Origin: Camelus dromedarius
Lineage: Eukaryota
DNA: 64,000 nt
NCBI RefSeq assembly: GCF_036321535.1
Contig: NC_087436.1
Location: 52,516,001-52,580,000 of the forward strand
Reading direction: 5' to 3'
A program made the translations under genes and the position numbers. Shown here in pieces: positions 50,315-62,955 of this stretch (position 1 is the stretch's first letter; every line of letters begins with the position of its first letter). Below the pieces are notes generated by a model. The model did not search any database, was not told the origin of the DNA, and was given only the letters and a program-made list of their open reading frames with translations.

Positions 50315-51480
50315 CATTCATTCCACACACTGCTCTAGCATTTGGGAAGTATCAGTGAGCAAAATAAAGATCCTTGCTCTCAAGGATCTTATATTCTAGG
50401 AGTGCAGACAAACTATCATCAATAAACATATGAATTGATTAAATTATAAAGTAAAGTAGAAGGTGCTATGAGAAAAAGAAGATGTGGAGCAGTGTGGAGG
50501 GAGTATGAGGGCTGGAGAAGTGGGGACCACTTTGTGGCACTGAAAAAAGTGGTCAAGGTAAGTCTTACAAAAAAGGGTTTGAGCAAATACAAAGAGGAGG
50601 TGAGCCACCCAATACATGCGGAAGAGCATCGAAATGAAGCTAGGACTTGAGGAGAGGCCTGATGTGTTTAAGAGTAGGTGGGCAGGGAGAAAGGCAGGGG
50701 GCTCTCCAGGCAGATTGCCTGGGGTTTGGTGGGCTGTTACAGGGACTCTGACTTCTTCTGTAAGTGCAGGGGAGAAGCACTGGGGGTTTTGAACAGAGGG
50801 GTGACGTGATCTGACTCATGTTCTGTAAGTTTTGCTCTGAGAGCTGAGGAGAGACTGTCAAATGAAGCAAGGTTCTCTTTTGTAGATTTTCTAGGAGAGA
50901 GATGATGGTAGCTTGGACCAGGGTGGCCATAGGGTCAGTGGCATGAAATCTCCAAACTTGGAACACATTTTGGAAGTGGTGCCTACAGATATTCTTGATG
51001 GTTGCATGTGGAACAGGATAGAAAGCGATGAAATCAAAAATAACTCTGCGGTCTTTGGCTGAAGAAGTGGAAGGGAGACCTACCATCAACTAGGACAGGA
51101 AGGCTGCAGAAAGAGCAGAAGTTCAGTTTTGGACATGTTCAGCTTCAGATTTTTATTATTTGCCTTATTATGAATCTGGAGTTTAGAAAAGAGGTCTGGG
51201 ATGGAAGTACTTTGGGGGGATTCTTGGCATGGACATTATATTTAAACCTTGAAATTGATTGAAATCACCAATGAAATTAGTGTAGTTAGAGATGAGGCAA
51301 GGACTATGTCCTGGGACCATCCTAGATTGTGAGTCAGAAAGAAGAGGTGAAACCAGCCATGGAGACTGAGAAGAATTATCCGTAAGGCTGGAGAAAATCC
51401 AGTGGCGTGTGCTCTACTGGAAGCCACATGAAGAAGATGTGTTAAGGAGGAGTGAATGAATTATTATGTCAAATGCTGAA
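50315..51480 (-). mobile_element. L2 LINE fragment
   Basis: cattcattc end, ccttgctctcaagga.cttatattctag, ttttgaacagaggggtgacgtgatctgact, gatggtagcttggaccagggtgg, gttcagttttggacatgtt. Confidence 0.88.
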
Positions 51481-51769
51481 AAGTTTTTTTTTAATGAAAC
51501 ATGAGTCCATCAAATTGCAATTAGAGACCAGTTCCAATTATTTATAAATAATGAAAACAATTGATAATCATTCAATTCAATTGAATTTAGCCCCTCAGAC
51601 ACATACTAAATGTGCCCATATCAAAAAGAAGCGTAGGAAAGGTAAGGGAACTAAAAATAGGACATGGTTTTATTTTCCTTCTTACACTAGAACGTTTTAT
51701 CCTCTACTGCCTCTCACACTCATCTCCCATTAATACCTGTGTACTATATGCCTTCCTCTACGGAAGGTA

Positions 51770-52005
51770 CATGAAGGCTATCAGGGACTCCTCCAGCCCA
51801 AGTTCCTCCTAGGAGGAGATCATGGCTCCCAGGAGCAGGTCTGCTTTCATATCCTTGCCAGACTCAACCATTGGCTGAGAGCATCCTACAGGAGGCGTGG
51901 CATCAGGGCAAACAGCGATGGAATTCAGAGAGCAGGTGGGGAACCTTGGTGGATTACACTGTCTGTAGTTTGCATTCTGTGAGGCACATTCTCAAAGCCA
52001 CCACA
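51770..52005 (-). mobile_element. ERVL-type LTR fragment
   Basis: Ends ...cacattctcaaagccaccACA (TGTGGTGGC on the minus strand) with internal cattggctgagagca. Confidence 0.55.
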
Positions 52006-52539
52006 GGTGTTCTAGGACATCAGTAGGTCTTCTGTCTTTAAAAGTGCAAATGATTTACCTAGTAATTGGTTTACACCACAGGCCAACTATGTACCACTGT
52101 AGATGCTAATGGGGTAAATTTGGACACACTTTATGACAACAGACTTTGTTTTGAGGGTCTCTGCCTTAAATAGCTTGCTCCAAGTTCCAGCCTGAAGTTA
52201 GCAAACTAAACTTAAACCATAAGATGACCTATCTGCAATTCAGTAGTCATTACAGTCACTAAAAGTCAGGGTCCAAGAGCAAATCTATGTCGTCTAAGAG
52301 CACCATATACTCCAGTTTCTCCTGTTCCTGACCAGAGCAAAGAAGCATCTGAAAACATGTACGTGGCTGAAATGTCTGCTCATTTATCTTTACATTTAGA
52401 ATATTTGAGGACAGAGGATAAGTTGACTTTAGTTGAAAGGTACAACTTTCTAGGTGCCTAATCACAATACAATCTTAGGATGTTATTATAAACTAATATA
52501 GTATATTAATATAACATAACATATTATAATTTTATAATC

Positions 52540-52770
52540 GTATAATACAAACATATAGTATCAAGAACTGTTCTAAGCAATTCAAATTTATTTTTACTCA
52601 TTTAATTTTCACTACAACACTGTGACGTGGAATAATTGTAATCACTATTTGTAGATATGGGAACTCAGACACAAATTGCATAAGTGACTTGCCCAAGATG
52701 CCACAGCAAATAAATGCTAGAGTCCAGGTACTCAGTCTTCCGAATCATGCACTTGACCATCCACTGTTCC
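52540..52770 (-). mobile_element. MIR SINE
   Basis: tactcatttaattttcactacaacactgtga...taagtgacttgcccaagatgccacagc. Confidence 0.8.
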
Positions 52771-54844
52771 TCTCCTGTACCTTTTCTGCCAAGGATGCTT
52801 TAGTAATAATGTAGGACAGTAGAGTCTCAGTGAAATCCACAGATCGTGGCATGGATCCTCTATCTTAGCCACAGAAAGAATCACATTAAGCTCACAATTT
52901 ATGAATTCAGCCAAGACCTGTAATTTCATCAATATGATCATGCTAATGGACAGAGTTTCTCAAACTGTAAGTTAATTCCCATTAGTGGATCATAAACAGT
53001 ATTTTTAAAAAATTAAAGAGGATAGGAAAGAGAACACCAGAAGGCATTAAATGTAATAGAAGTGAATTGTGTGCATGTGTGGGTGTGTGTGTACTGAATT
53101 CTGAAATGATTTATTAACTGGAGGCTGAGGTTAAAAGAAACAAAAAATTAAGTCTGTTTCAAGGAGCCAGTAAGTCCTTTGTTAAGGAGGGTTAATTCTA
53201 CTGCCTGCCTCTGGATCCTGAGCAATAACAGTTGGCACACGACAGTCAACACGTTTTAAGGAGGAAAACTTGGAGATTCATCTGAACCAGATAGATGATA
53301 CTCAGAACTGTAGCTGCCGCCTAGCCTACAAGAAGGTTATAAGGTGCAGTGTGGAGCCTTGAGGACGAACCCTTGGGAAAGCCCAGGGGGATTAATGCCA
53401 TTGGTTATTTAATCAGCCGTCTCATACTCTACCGACACAACCAAAAGAACATTCATCCTCACTAGAACATTTGACACTGGAATCAGCAGCTAAGGACCAA
53501 GGTTTCAGTTAGTTCCCACTCTTGTATTTAAGTTTCCTTTTTCTGCCTGCTTCGTGCACTAGCCTGACATTTTTCTTTGTTCTTATGGGCATATATCTAG
53601 CTTCCTCCCACAGATCTCTTGCATGGCAAGAACGGTACAGTCTCTTAACAGTATTCTTCGCCCACAGATGTCAAAAATGCATAAGCATGCAGTGCGCCCT
53701 GGGCTGTGGGTGGCAAGGAAGGAAAGATCTAAGGCAGCCAGAAGCAGTATCAATTTCTTCCATGCAATTATGCATGGCCTTAATACTCCTAAGGGGGCTG
53801 TGTTTATAAGAGATAGCTCTTAGTTCAGCCAAGCAGTCGGCTACATTTTACTGCACACCCACGGTGGTCAGAGCTTCATGTGGTAGGTGGTGGGAGTTAC
53901 AGCCCTCACACTCCAAGAACCTGCAATTCAGTGATGAGACAAGGCAAACAAGCGTGATGAAAAGATATTACTTCATACTTCAAGAAAAAGAGAATGGTTT
54001 TCCAAAAATTTTTCTAAATACAAACTACATTTGATCCCAGGTTCACAAGAATAAATGCTGTACACTTAGAAAATATGTAATTATTTATATTTCTTTGAAA
54101 TGTGTTGAGATTTATGAATTTAGAATAATAAATTTTTATTTATTTTTTTCTTTTAGTCCTGCTTGAAGATGGCAAATGTTGACTGAAGCACACAAACAAT
54201 AATAATACATTTAAAATTAACATTTTCCGTGCAAAAAAAAGAGCATGGACAGTGGTGAAAATGCAGCCAAGCAGCTGTTACTCTAGAGAAGGCACACAAG
54301 TACAAATCACTGCTGACCATCAAAGATGAAAATAAATGGACCTTCTTTGATTTTCCTCCTAATTCTTCCAAACAAAGCCTCATTTGTAATCTTTCTCTTT
54401 AACCACTAAAAAACAATATAAAATATAAAGTCCAGTGCATTTATGTCCATTTAAATATGTATGATTAAAAATCACTATCACCCAAAGTTGTAATAGCTAA
54501 AATGTAAATAATGATTTTGCACAGATTTGCATCCTGTAAAGAGTCTTGTGCGGTAGGTGATACAGGCTTTTGCTAGAGTAGTAAATGAGAAACTTACTCA
54601 AGTTTTCTGGCCAGTTCTTGAAGCTATAATACTAATACCAAAGTTTTGTGATTCCAAATTTAATCATCTCTACAGGAGGAGATAGATGAACTCACGATTT
54701 AGTGTATAATAATATATACCTCATTATTCAACAATAAACAGTTTTTACAGATCTTCAGAAATGCAAGCTGTTTGAATCTGCAAAAAAACTCAGTAAGAAG
54801 AGTAAATACTATAATCTGACTCTATATTTATCATTTTCTTACAG

Positions 54845-54937
54845 TTAACATCTCACTACCAGATGCATCATCACCTCTCCAAACCAGTTCATTAACCTCA
54901 ACACCAGTAATTCCAGAAAACATCTCACCGTCTCAAA
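54845..54937 (+). CDS. EMCN: EMCN exon 6 (93 nt, phase 1-1)
   Basis: ttacag|TTAACATC...TCTCAAA|gtatgg. Encodes VNISLPDASSPLQTSSLTSTPVIPENISPSQ. Confidence 0.92.
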
Positions 54938-55009
54938 GTATGGCTTCTGTGTGCATGAGTGGAAACTTGCTTCACTTAACCCTTCTCACCAAGAAAATCC
55001 CACCAGTCT

Positions 55010-55180
55010 AAAAAAAAACAGCTTATTGAAGTATAATTGATATACAAAAAAAACTGCACATCCACAAAAAAGGGAGGGGACAAGAGGAAACTTTTGGGGG
55101 TGACAGCTATGTCTACTACCTTGATTGTGGTGCTGGTATCATGGGTATATGCACGTGTCCACACACATCAGATTGTGTAT
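55010..55180. mobile_element. Short L1M 3' end with internal inversion
   Basis: 55021-55061 is the antisense L1 terminus; 55062-55180 is the adjacent upstream 3' UTR segment in sense orientation. Confidence 0.7.
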
Positions 55181-55341
55181 GTTCACTCCCTGCCATTCTT
55201 GATTCACAAAACAGAGCTCTTTCAGACAAAATGTTTTCACTTTGAAGCTTCATAGCTATAGATCTCAGACGCCCATATAAATGAGGAGTGGAGAGGTGTG
55301 GGGAAGATTGTAAGGATTGGTACTCATTAACCAAAGGTTTA

Positions 55342-55343
55342 CT

Positions 55344-55433
<90 letters not shown>

Positions 55434-55496
55434 TTCCTTCCTTCCTTCCTTCCTTCCTTCCTTCCTTCCTTCCTTCCTCCCTTTCTTTCTTCCTTC

Positions 55497-55529
<33 letters not shown>

Positions 55530-55710
55530 TTCCTTCCTTCCTTTCTTTCTTTCTTCCTTCCTTCCTTCCTTTCTTTCTTTCTTTCTTTCTTTCTCGATTT
55601 CTTTCTCGATTTCTTTCTCGATTTCTTTCTCGATTTCTTTCTCGATTTCTCGATTTCTCGATTTCTTTCTCGATTTCTTTCTTTCTTTCTCGATTTCTTT
55701 CTTTTCTTTC
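55342..55710. repeat. Compound microsatellite (TTTC)n-(TTCC)n-(TTTCTTTCTCGA)n
   Basis: Read directly; abuts the exon 7 acceptor. Confidence 0.98.
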
Positions 55711-55718
55711 ACCAATAG

Positions 55719-55772
55719 GTTCTGAGAATGGAAAAAATGCAAGCGCGTCTTCAGCCAACCCCTCTTATTCCA
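55719..55772 (+). CDS. EMCN: EMCN exon 7 (54 nt, phase 1-1), juxtamembrane
   Basis: caatag|GTTCTGAG...TATTCCA|gtgagt. Encodes SSENGKNASASSANPSYS. Confidence 0.92.
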
Positions 55773-56924
55773 GTGAGTAACAGACATACCTTCATTCGTG
55801 GCAGTAGATCTGCAGAATGTCTGAATGTTGTCAATACGGGAAAGGAGTCAATCATAGACAGCCTTTTTCAACTTTACTGAACCTGCAATCCCATTATAAT
55901 CCTATATAACTACCACCTGCTTTGAAAATTTCCTCCTGTTGAGTCTGGTTTTAATGAGTACACTTTGGGGATTTTTTATTTCTTACCTTAGTGCTCAGCA
56001 ATTACCACCAGGGGTCAAGGTAAATTGATGGGACTAGTCTTAGATAAGCCAAAGTGCACAGGTAGAAAGATCTCCATAAAAATGAATTATCACCATTATA
56101 GGACTTTACCTTAATGTTAAAAATGGCTTTTTAAGAAGTGTTCCATTTTAGCAAGAGCATGTGTTATACAACACACTGCGTACACTAGGATTGAATAGAG
56201 AATATTCATAATTTCCCTGGAAATTAAGAATGTGATGAATATACAGGAAGCTGTGATGATAAAAGATTATCTTAGGTTTAGGTAAAGTCATTACATTCAG
56301 TAAGTCAACATTGCATGTACTGACCTGCTGATTCATGGCATCTTCATTTTGGGAGGCACTAACGATCTCACCAAGGTCTAATGTGCACCCAGCAGGACAT
56401 AACTAAAACAAACTCTTACCCATGAGAGTGGAAGTGTAAACCACCCAACAAATGAACTGGATAGCTGTTCTCAACCCCTGATAAACTTAAGGAGAACAAG
56501 CAAGCGGAGGAGACTACCCGACTAAATGGGAACCTTAACGTCTGTGTCTCTCCTTACGTCCCGATGGCAGCTTTCTCCCCTCATCACTCGTTTTAACCTG
56601 GACTACGATTGTTAGAAAAGAAGGCAGATGCTAAAATAAACAAACAGCAAAACCCTCCTCTTAATAAGAACAGGAAAAACTAACTCTAATTACTGCATCA
56701 ACACCACTCCCCCAAGCAGGTATTCACAAACACACACATGCTTATCTTTCTTGGACCATGTTGTTCATGTTTAGAAATTAAATCCATGGTGATAGCCATT
56801 TATATCCATTTATGATACTGTGTGCCTTTTTAGAGTTTTAGGATAGTATTACAGAAAGGTATCTATGAATTTTTTAGGAAGCCAGCTTTATGACTAGAAC
56901 ATTGCCAATAGGGCCAGTAGGGGA

Positions 56925-57240
56925 TATATTTTTTTCCATTTTTATTGAGATATAATTGACACACAGCACTATATACATTTAAGGTGTACAGCATAATGGT
57001 TTGACTTACATCATGAAACTTATCACAGTAAGTTTAGTGCACATTCATTATCTCACATAGATACAAAATTAGTGAAATAGAAAAAATGTTCTTGTGATGA
57101 GAACTCAGGATTTACTCTCTTAACAACTTTCACATATAATATACAACAGTGTTAATTATATTTATCAAGTTGTACGTTATATCCCTAGAACTTATTTATC
57201 TTATAATTGAAAGTTTGTGCCTTTTGACTGCCTTCATCCA
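56925..57240 (-). mobile_element. L1MA-like 3' end
   Basis: ttttattgagatataattgac...tttaaggtgtacagcataatg...cttatttatcttataattgaaagtttgt. Confidence 0.85.
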
Positions 57241-57639
57241 AGATATACAGATACAGATTCAAATACAGATATGTTAGTAACTTCATTATAAAGCAGTAGA
57301 GAATATAAAGTGTGCATGTGGGTCTGACCATAGTTCTAGAGGACATCTGCCTGGCCAGTCTCCCATCTCCTCATTCCTCCAGTCTCCAGGAAGGTGGGAG
57401 CTGCCTTCCTTAGGGCTGGAGTTTTATTTTAGAAGGGCTACAAGACTGACATCAAGTGGATATATCAGAAATGACAACTAGAGCAATCGGACGCATCTTC
57501 TTCATCTAAAATATAAAGTCTGTAATAAGAATGATGTTTAAAGAAGAAAGGAAGCATGAATGCTTTTGCTCAGTTCATAAACTATTTGTTGTGAAATTCA
57601 GTAGCCACTCTAACTGACAATGTCTCCAATACTTTTTAG

Positions 57640-57735
57640 GTATTATTTTGCCTGTGGTTATTGCTTTGATTGTCATAACACTTTCAGTCTTTGTCCTGGT
57701 GGGTTTGTATCGAATGTGCTGGAAGACAGACCCAG
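57640..57735 (+). CDS. EMCN: EMCN exon 8 (96 nt), transmembrane helix
   Basis: ttttag|GTATTATT...GACCCAG|gtaggt. Encodes SIILPVVIALIVITLSVFVLVGLYRMCWKTDP. Confidence 0.97.
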
Positions 57736-58449
57736 GTAGGTAACAGTGTTTTGTTTCATTTTGTTTTCCTAACAAGAGAATAAACATGCTCAGTCTAAAC
57801 CTGAATTTACACTCTTAAAGGGAGAGAGGAATTACACACAGAAACCAAATGCCGTACTGCTTGATCACAGAAATAGAGGAAGAGGGGCAGAGAAATCCAG
57901 TGAACGCTGGTGAATGTAAGGAACAGGAATTAACTACTAGTGGCAGATATGATCAAACATGGAGAAGCTCTTTTTAATGAAATAGCCCTCATTTTGTGGG
58001 GTGGTCGGGGAAATACGGTAGAAAAGAAGCCATAAAATGACATGTCTTAGCTACAGTTAAGATTTGTTCCATTTCCATGTAACAGAGAATGAAGGCAAGT
58101 ATTGCTGAGGATTTCACTTAGGGACCCATGATTTGAAGAGTGTTTTGTGACCGATTTCCCTCCTGGGAGGCACAGCTTCCTTCCAATGAAGGTGTCTTCC
58201 ATGACTGTATGTTCTGCTGATTGAATCGGTTCCTCGGGATTGAACACAATTGCAATTTTTAGAGGGATTCCAGTTTGACAATTCTTTATTATCCTCCTTA
58301 ATCTCTCCATTAGCGTCCAAAAGCCTTTCTTCTTTCATTTAACACCCTCAGTCTTCATTTTCTTCTTTTTGCTGTGTCATCTTCTTCTCCCTGCCTCTTG
58401 AATATTTTTGGTTCCCATAATGGCATTATATTTTCAAGACTTGTCCAAA

Positions 58450-58650
58450 ATAAACTTTTACATTTTAAGATAGTTTTAGATTTACAGAAAAATTGTGAAG
58501 ATAGTTACAGAGAGTTCCCACACATCCTTATTATTAACATCTTACGTTAGTATGTTATGTTTGTCACAATGAATTAACCAAAATTATTAACTAAAGTTCC
58601 TGTGTTATTCAGATTTCTTTCAGTCTTTGTTTTTTTGTTCTAGGAACTTG
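58450..58650 (-). mobile_element. L1MC-like 3' end fragment
   Basis: agttttagatttacagaaaaattgtgaagatagttacagagagttccca...attattaactaaagt. Confidence 0.75.
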
Positions 58651-59046
58651 AGTTCTCTTTTTACTTGATGCTTCATCTGAATCCCCATTTAGTTCCCATG
58701 ACTCAGCACTCCTCTGTGTTGTCTTAAACTCCAATCATCTTTCCATTTCAGCCACCTTCTTGGCTGTATTTTGTAGTGCTGTGTATCCGTGCCTTCATCC
58801 AGGTCATTCCTTCTCCTAGAATGTCCTACCCACGACTTAACTTTCATAACACACCTCATCTCCTACGTATCCATTAAGATCTGGCTTAAAAGCAAATTTA
58901 ATGTATATTTTTAACACACCATCTCTTTAAGCAGAGTGGTGTGTTCTTGTATGTCTAATTTTACAGAATTTAATGATATTTTTCATCACACTATAGTATA
59001 GGGATGTCTCCATATACCTGCTTTCCCTGCAAGTTGAACATCTTAT

Positions 59047-59395
59047 TCTGTTTAGGTTGCTACAACAAAAATGCCGCAGCCGGGTGGCTCAAACAACCAG
59101 CATCTATTTCTCACAGTTCGGGAGACTGAGAAGTTCAATCAAGGCAGCATCAGATCCAATGTCTGATGAACGCTGTCTTCCTGGTTTTTAGATCCGCCTG
59201 TGTCTTCACATGGCAGAAGGGACTAGAGAACTCTCTGGGGTCTCTTTTATCAGGGCACTAAGCCCATTCATGAGGACTCGCCTCTCATGACCTAATCATT
59301 TTCCAAAGGTCCGGCATCCTAATACCATCACATTGGGTGTCAAGGTTCAACATTATGAATTGTAGGGGGACACAGACCTTCCGTCCATCCCATCA
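59047..59395 (-). mobile_element. MLT1A-like MaLR solo LTR
   Basis: gggtggctcaaacaac...tatttctcacagttc.ggagactgagaagttcaa...cttcacatggcagaagg...ctaataccatcacattggg...gggggacacagac. Confidence 0.9.
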
Positions 59396-61687
59396 GGTGG
59401 CCCCTCCAAGTCCCAAACTATGTGTCGTTCACATTGCTTTGTGCACAGTATATAGCAGAGCCTTATGATATGCTTGTTGAGTCAATTTTTTTTTAAATTT
59501 TCAGTAAAATAGAATCTTTTTCCTCACTTTAATTCTAATTATTTCACTGACTGAACTCTAAGCCTCATATACTATTAAAAAGTAAAAATCAATTATTTTT
59601 ACAAGATACATAAGCCACGCTCTTCTTTGTTACCCCGTGGACAGTGTGCCCCCAGGACACTAACGAACACTGTTCCCGAGGCCAGAGACCATTAGCGCGT
59701 GAGCCCGACAGTGCAAGGCAAAGTGATAAGATGGAAACAGCAGTGTTCATTTTACTTTTGGTGGAAAATAAGAGGAAAACAAATCAATGTCTTTCCCTTT
59801 GGGAGTTAGTGAATAAACTTCTTAATAATGTCTGAAATATGTTTCCTCACTCAGTTTCCAGGGGGGAAATAGCATTTTTACAAATCAGTTTAATTTCTCT
59901 ATGTTTCTAAACCACCAGTACTATCTTCTATGGGCAACCAACCAAGCAATTGGAAGCCAGTGGGTGTTGAGTATCGAGGGTAGGGAAAAAATTAGTGGGT
60001 TAAATTCATTTGTAAGAATACCCTGTAGTGAAAAACTGCTTTGCTTAGGATGATTTGCAAGTAAGTTATCTGAAAAGCTGACATTTTCTATGAAAGAGGA
60101 CTTTATGGATGAACTGGATCATGCAGGAAAAAAAGTGTACAATCCCTACCACTATGGAGAGTTATTCTGAAGGCATAAAATACTTTATAGCCAAGTTTGA
60201 CAATCGTACAATTAACCAAATCTATTTGATTGTTGTCAACCTGGTTTTCTAAACAGAATTTACAGTATTGTTATCATTAAACTAGCACCATTAAACACCA
60301 CAATTAATCGTTCTTCAGGTATGTGGGTGAGACTTCATTAAGTTCGGAAAATTTGTAAACCCACTCTGCTCTCTGGAAGCCAACACGAATCAGAGGTTTT
60401 GGTATGAAAACAAGCTTATCTGGATAATGCTGACAGTAGTCTGAGCTTTAACTCAAATGAGAATGGCAAATACGCAGAAAGTCGTCTGTTAGTATGCATA
60501 TCTGCTAATGAACTCATAGTATTCTAAGGAAAATAATAAAGGCATAAAAAATATCAACTCATTCTAAAACAGAGCTATGAGCATCACATGTGGTATCATA
60601 CATAACACTTATAATGGAAATTTTAAAATGCTGTTAAAACTGTACTGATGGTAGGGAAGATGAGCTTAGATCTAGTTGGTGAACAGCATATGGTGCCATG
60701 AATTAAACTCAAGGGATTAAGATTCATGTTGGAGCATCTTTGCCAAGGGGACAGAAGTAGAAGTAGCCAAAACATTAGTGGAGATCAAGGTCTTTATAAA
60801 ACAATGGTAGGCAAAGACAGGAGAATTATATTCAAAGGGCATATCCTGATAACAGAAGACAGATTAGAGATGAAAGGATATCCAAGAGATAGGAAGTGAG
60901 TAGCAATGGAATAAAACTACAACAAAATCCGGAACCAAGCAAGGAACCTTAAGTGATTACATTACATATTTTGCCTAACAGGCCACAGATTCATATAAGG
61001 TTTGACCACCAGGTCTGCTCCCAAGAGGCCATGCTCTCGAGCAGAATGAATCGTTCTGAGTTCCCGCTCTAAGCCCAACTTGCTTCCTACCTGACCCTCG
61101 TGGAGCAGGCCAGCAAAGCAGATGGAAGATTAGTTGCAGTTAGCAGCTTCATGGACATTTTGCAGGGCTCTTTTGAGAGGCTGAATCCTTGAGCTTCAGA
61201 TGCAATTAGAAGCAATATCTGCATCGTGGTGCACCATAAATACAGTGATTTGTGTCCCCAGAGAGAGCAACGTATAAAGAAAAGCCAAAAATTCAATTCT
61301 CTGTTATAAAGGTAATTTGATACTTTAAGGAGAATTTTTTTTTTTCAGAGATACTGAAATAAGCTGAGACATTTTCTGGTGTCTGCAGGATGTGCGATCA
61401 CAGATAATAGTTTCACACAGCAATATGAAATGATAAGATTAAAATTCGTCCAGAGCCAAGTTCAGTGGGGTTGGTCTAGCTGAGACTGAACCGTGAATGT
61501 GCTAGCTGAGACTGAAGAAGGAGTAGTAACCATGTCTGAGAAAATGGTCAACGGGACGTGGGGTGCGGGGAGAGAATAAGTTAAAAATTGGCTTTAGAAA
61601 CATCTTTGCACAGAAAGGGGCAGGGGTCTTAAATTTTTTTGTGGCCAAGCTCCCTGCAACTCTAGTAACAGTTCCCTCCTCTCCTAG

Positions 61688-61712
61688 GCACCCCGGAAAA
61701 TGGAAATGACCA
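61688..61712 (+). CDS. EMCN: EMCN exon 9 (25-nt micro-exon, phase 1-2)
   Basis: ctcctag|GCACCCCGGAAAATGGAAATGACCA|gtaagt. Encodes GTPENGND(Q). Confidence 0.95.
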
Positions 61713-62893
61713 GTAAGTAATGCCACATTTCTGTTGTTTCCCCTAGAAACTCTGACCCTATTGTTTACATAGGGAAAAGTATTGATACTCTACTCATACC
61801 TTTTCTTTTGTTTCTTAAAATATTTGTGTAGAAAGCACGACATACAGCATTTGGTTAACTATTATCAGAGAGCTCTCTCTATTCAACAGAGAAATTCCAA
61901 CTAAAAGCGAAGATTGCTCTTAAGCTTGAGTGAAGTCGTAAAATCAGAAATCAAACGTTGAAATGGAAGATAGAGGAATGGCTATAACCATGAGGGAAAA
62001 TTCATAGAATACATATTTAGAGTTTTAAAATAGTTTTCCTATTGAAAATCTCAATATGTTTCTCACAATTTGGGAAGAATCATGGCTGCACCTTGATATG
62101 GCTCTGGATGGCTTTCCTTTAACAGCAGATGGTTTCTCTGCTTTGACTTTATTAAAACACGTAAAACAGTTGTTAGCACTCCAGCCAACTGTTACACTCA
62201 AGGTGCTGCACAGACAAAATATTTTAATGTCAAAACCACATTCTGTGGTTAACTTTTCTGTGTTGACCTGACTTTGTAGCCTGCCTTTTTATGGGTGTTC
62301 GTGTGTGTTCATTGGATTGTGAACTTTAAGAAAATGCCCCTACATCACCTACCCTCCTTAATTAAAAGTAGAGGTTCCTGAGATGCCCAAGGAGAGGAAT
62401 TGGGGTTTGAAACTATTTCCAATCAGAGAAGGGATAGATGGGAGGTCTTAATTAAAATAGACAGTTCAGACACTACCCTGCAGTATCATGACCTCATGAA
62501 AACGAATGTCCCCAGAACTCAGCATCAGTCCAAAAGCTTTGGAGATATTTCTGTATCTTCCCCTTCACAATTCACAGAACTGGGGGCATGTGCAACATGG
62601 AGCTTGTGACAGGTGTTTCATGTGACGCATCTTGATGTTGAATTTATCTGATGATCATCACTGGAACAGAATGACAGAGGTTTATTGGCTTGATTCCAGA
62701 AGTGAAATTGCTGTAAAAGTGTCTGTGAGTTTGTATGTGAAGAGACACAGATTTTGCTGTAGAAACACATAAAACAATATACATCTATGCATGTGTATTT
62801 TCTTCTTTCTGTTTATATCATGTTTACTTTCTTTTACAGATATGTAATGCTAATTACTGTGGTGTTAACTCAAACGTTTTCTGTTCCAAATAG

Positions 62894-62955
62894 GCCTCAG
62901 TCCGATAAAGAGAGTGTGAAGCTTCTCACTGTTAAGACAATTTCTCATGAGTCTG
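62894..62955 (+). CDS. EMCN: EMCN exon 10 (62 nt, phase 2-1), cytoplasmic tail
   Basis: aatag|GCCTCAG...GAGTCTG|gtaagc. Encodes (Q)PQSDKESVKLLTVKTISHES. Confidence 0.97.

Noticed and set aside
55710..55718. CAC six nt upstream of the exon 7 AG as another lost acceptor
   Set aside because: A canonical in-frame AG with a GT donor exists, and recalled mouse protein fits the shorter exon, so nothing anomalous is required.
55116..55787. Long ORFs on both strands (KERK/SFFL repeats)
   Set aside because: They are translations of the stop-free microsatellite, not genes.
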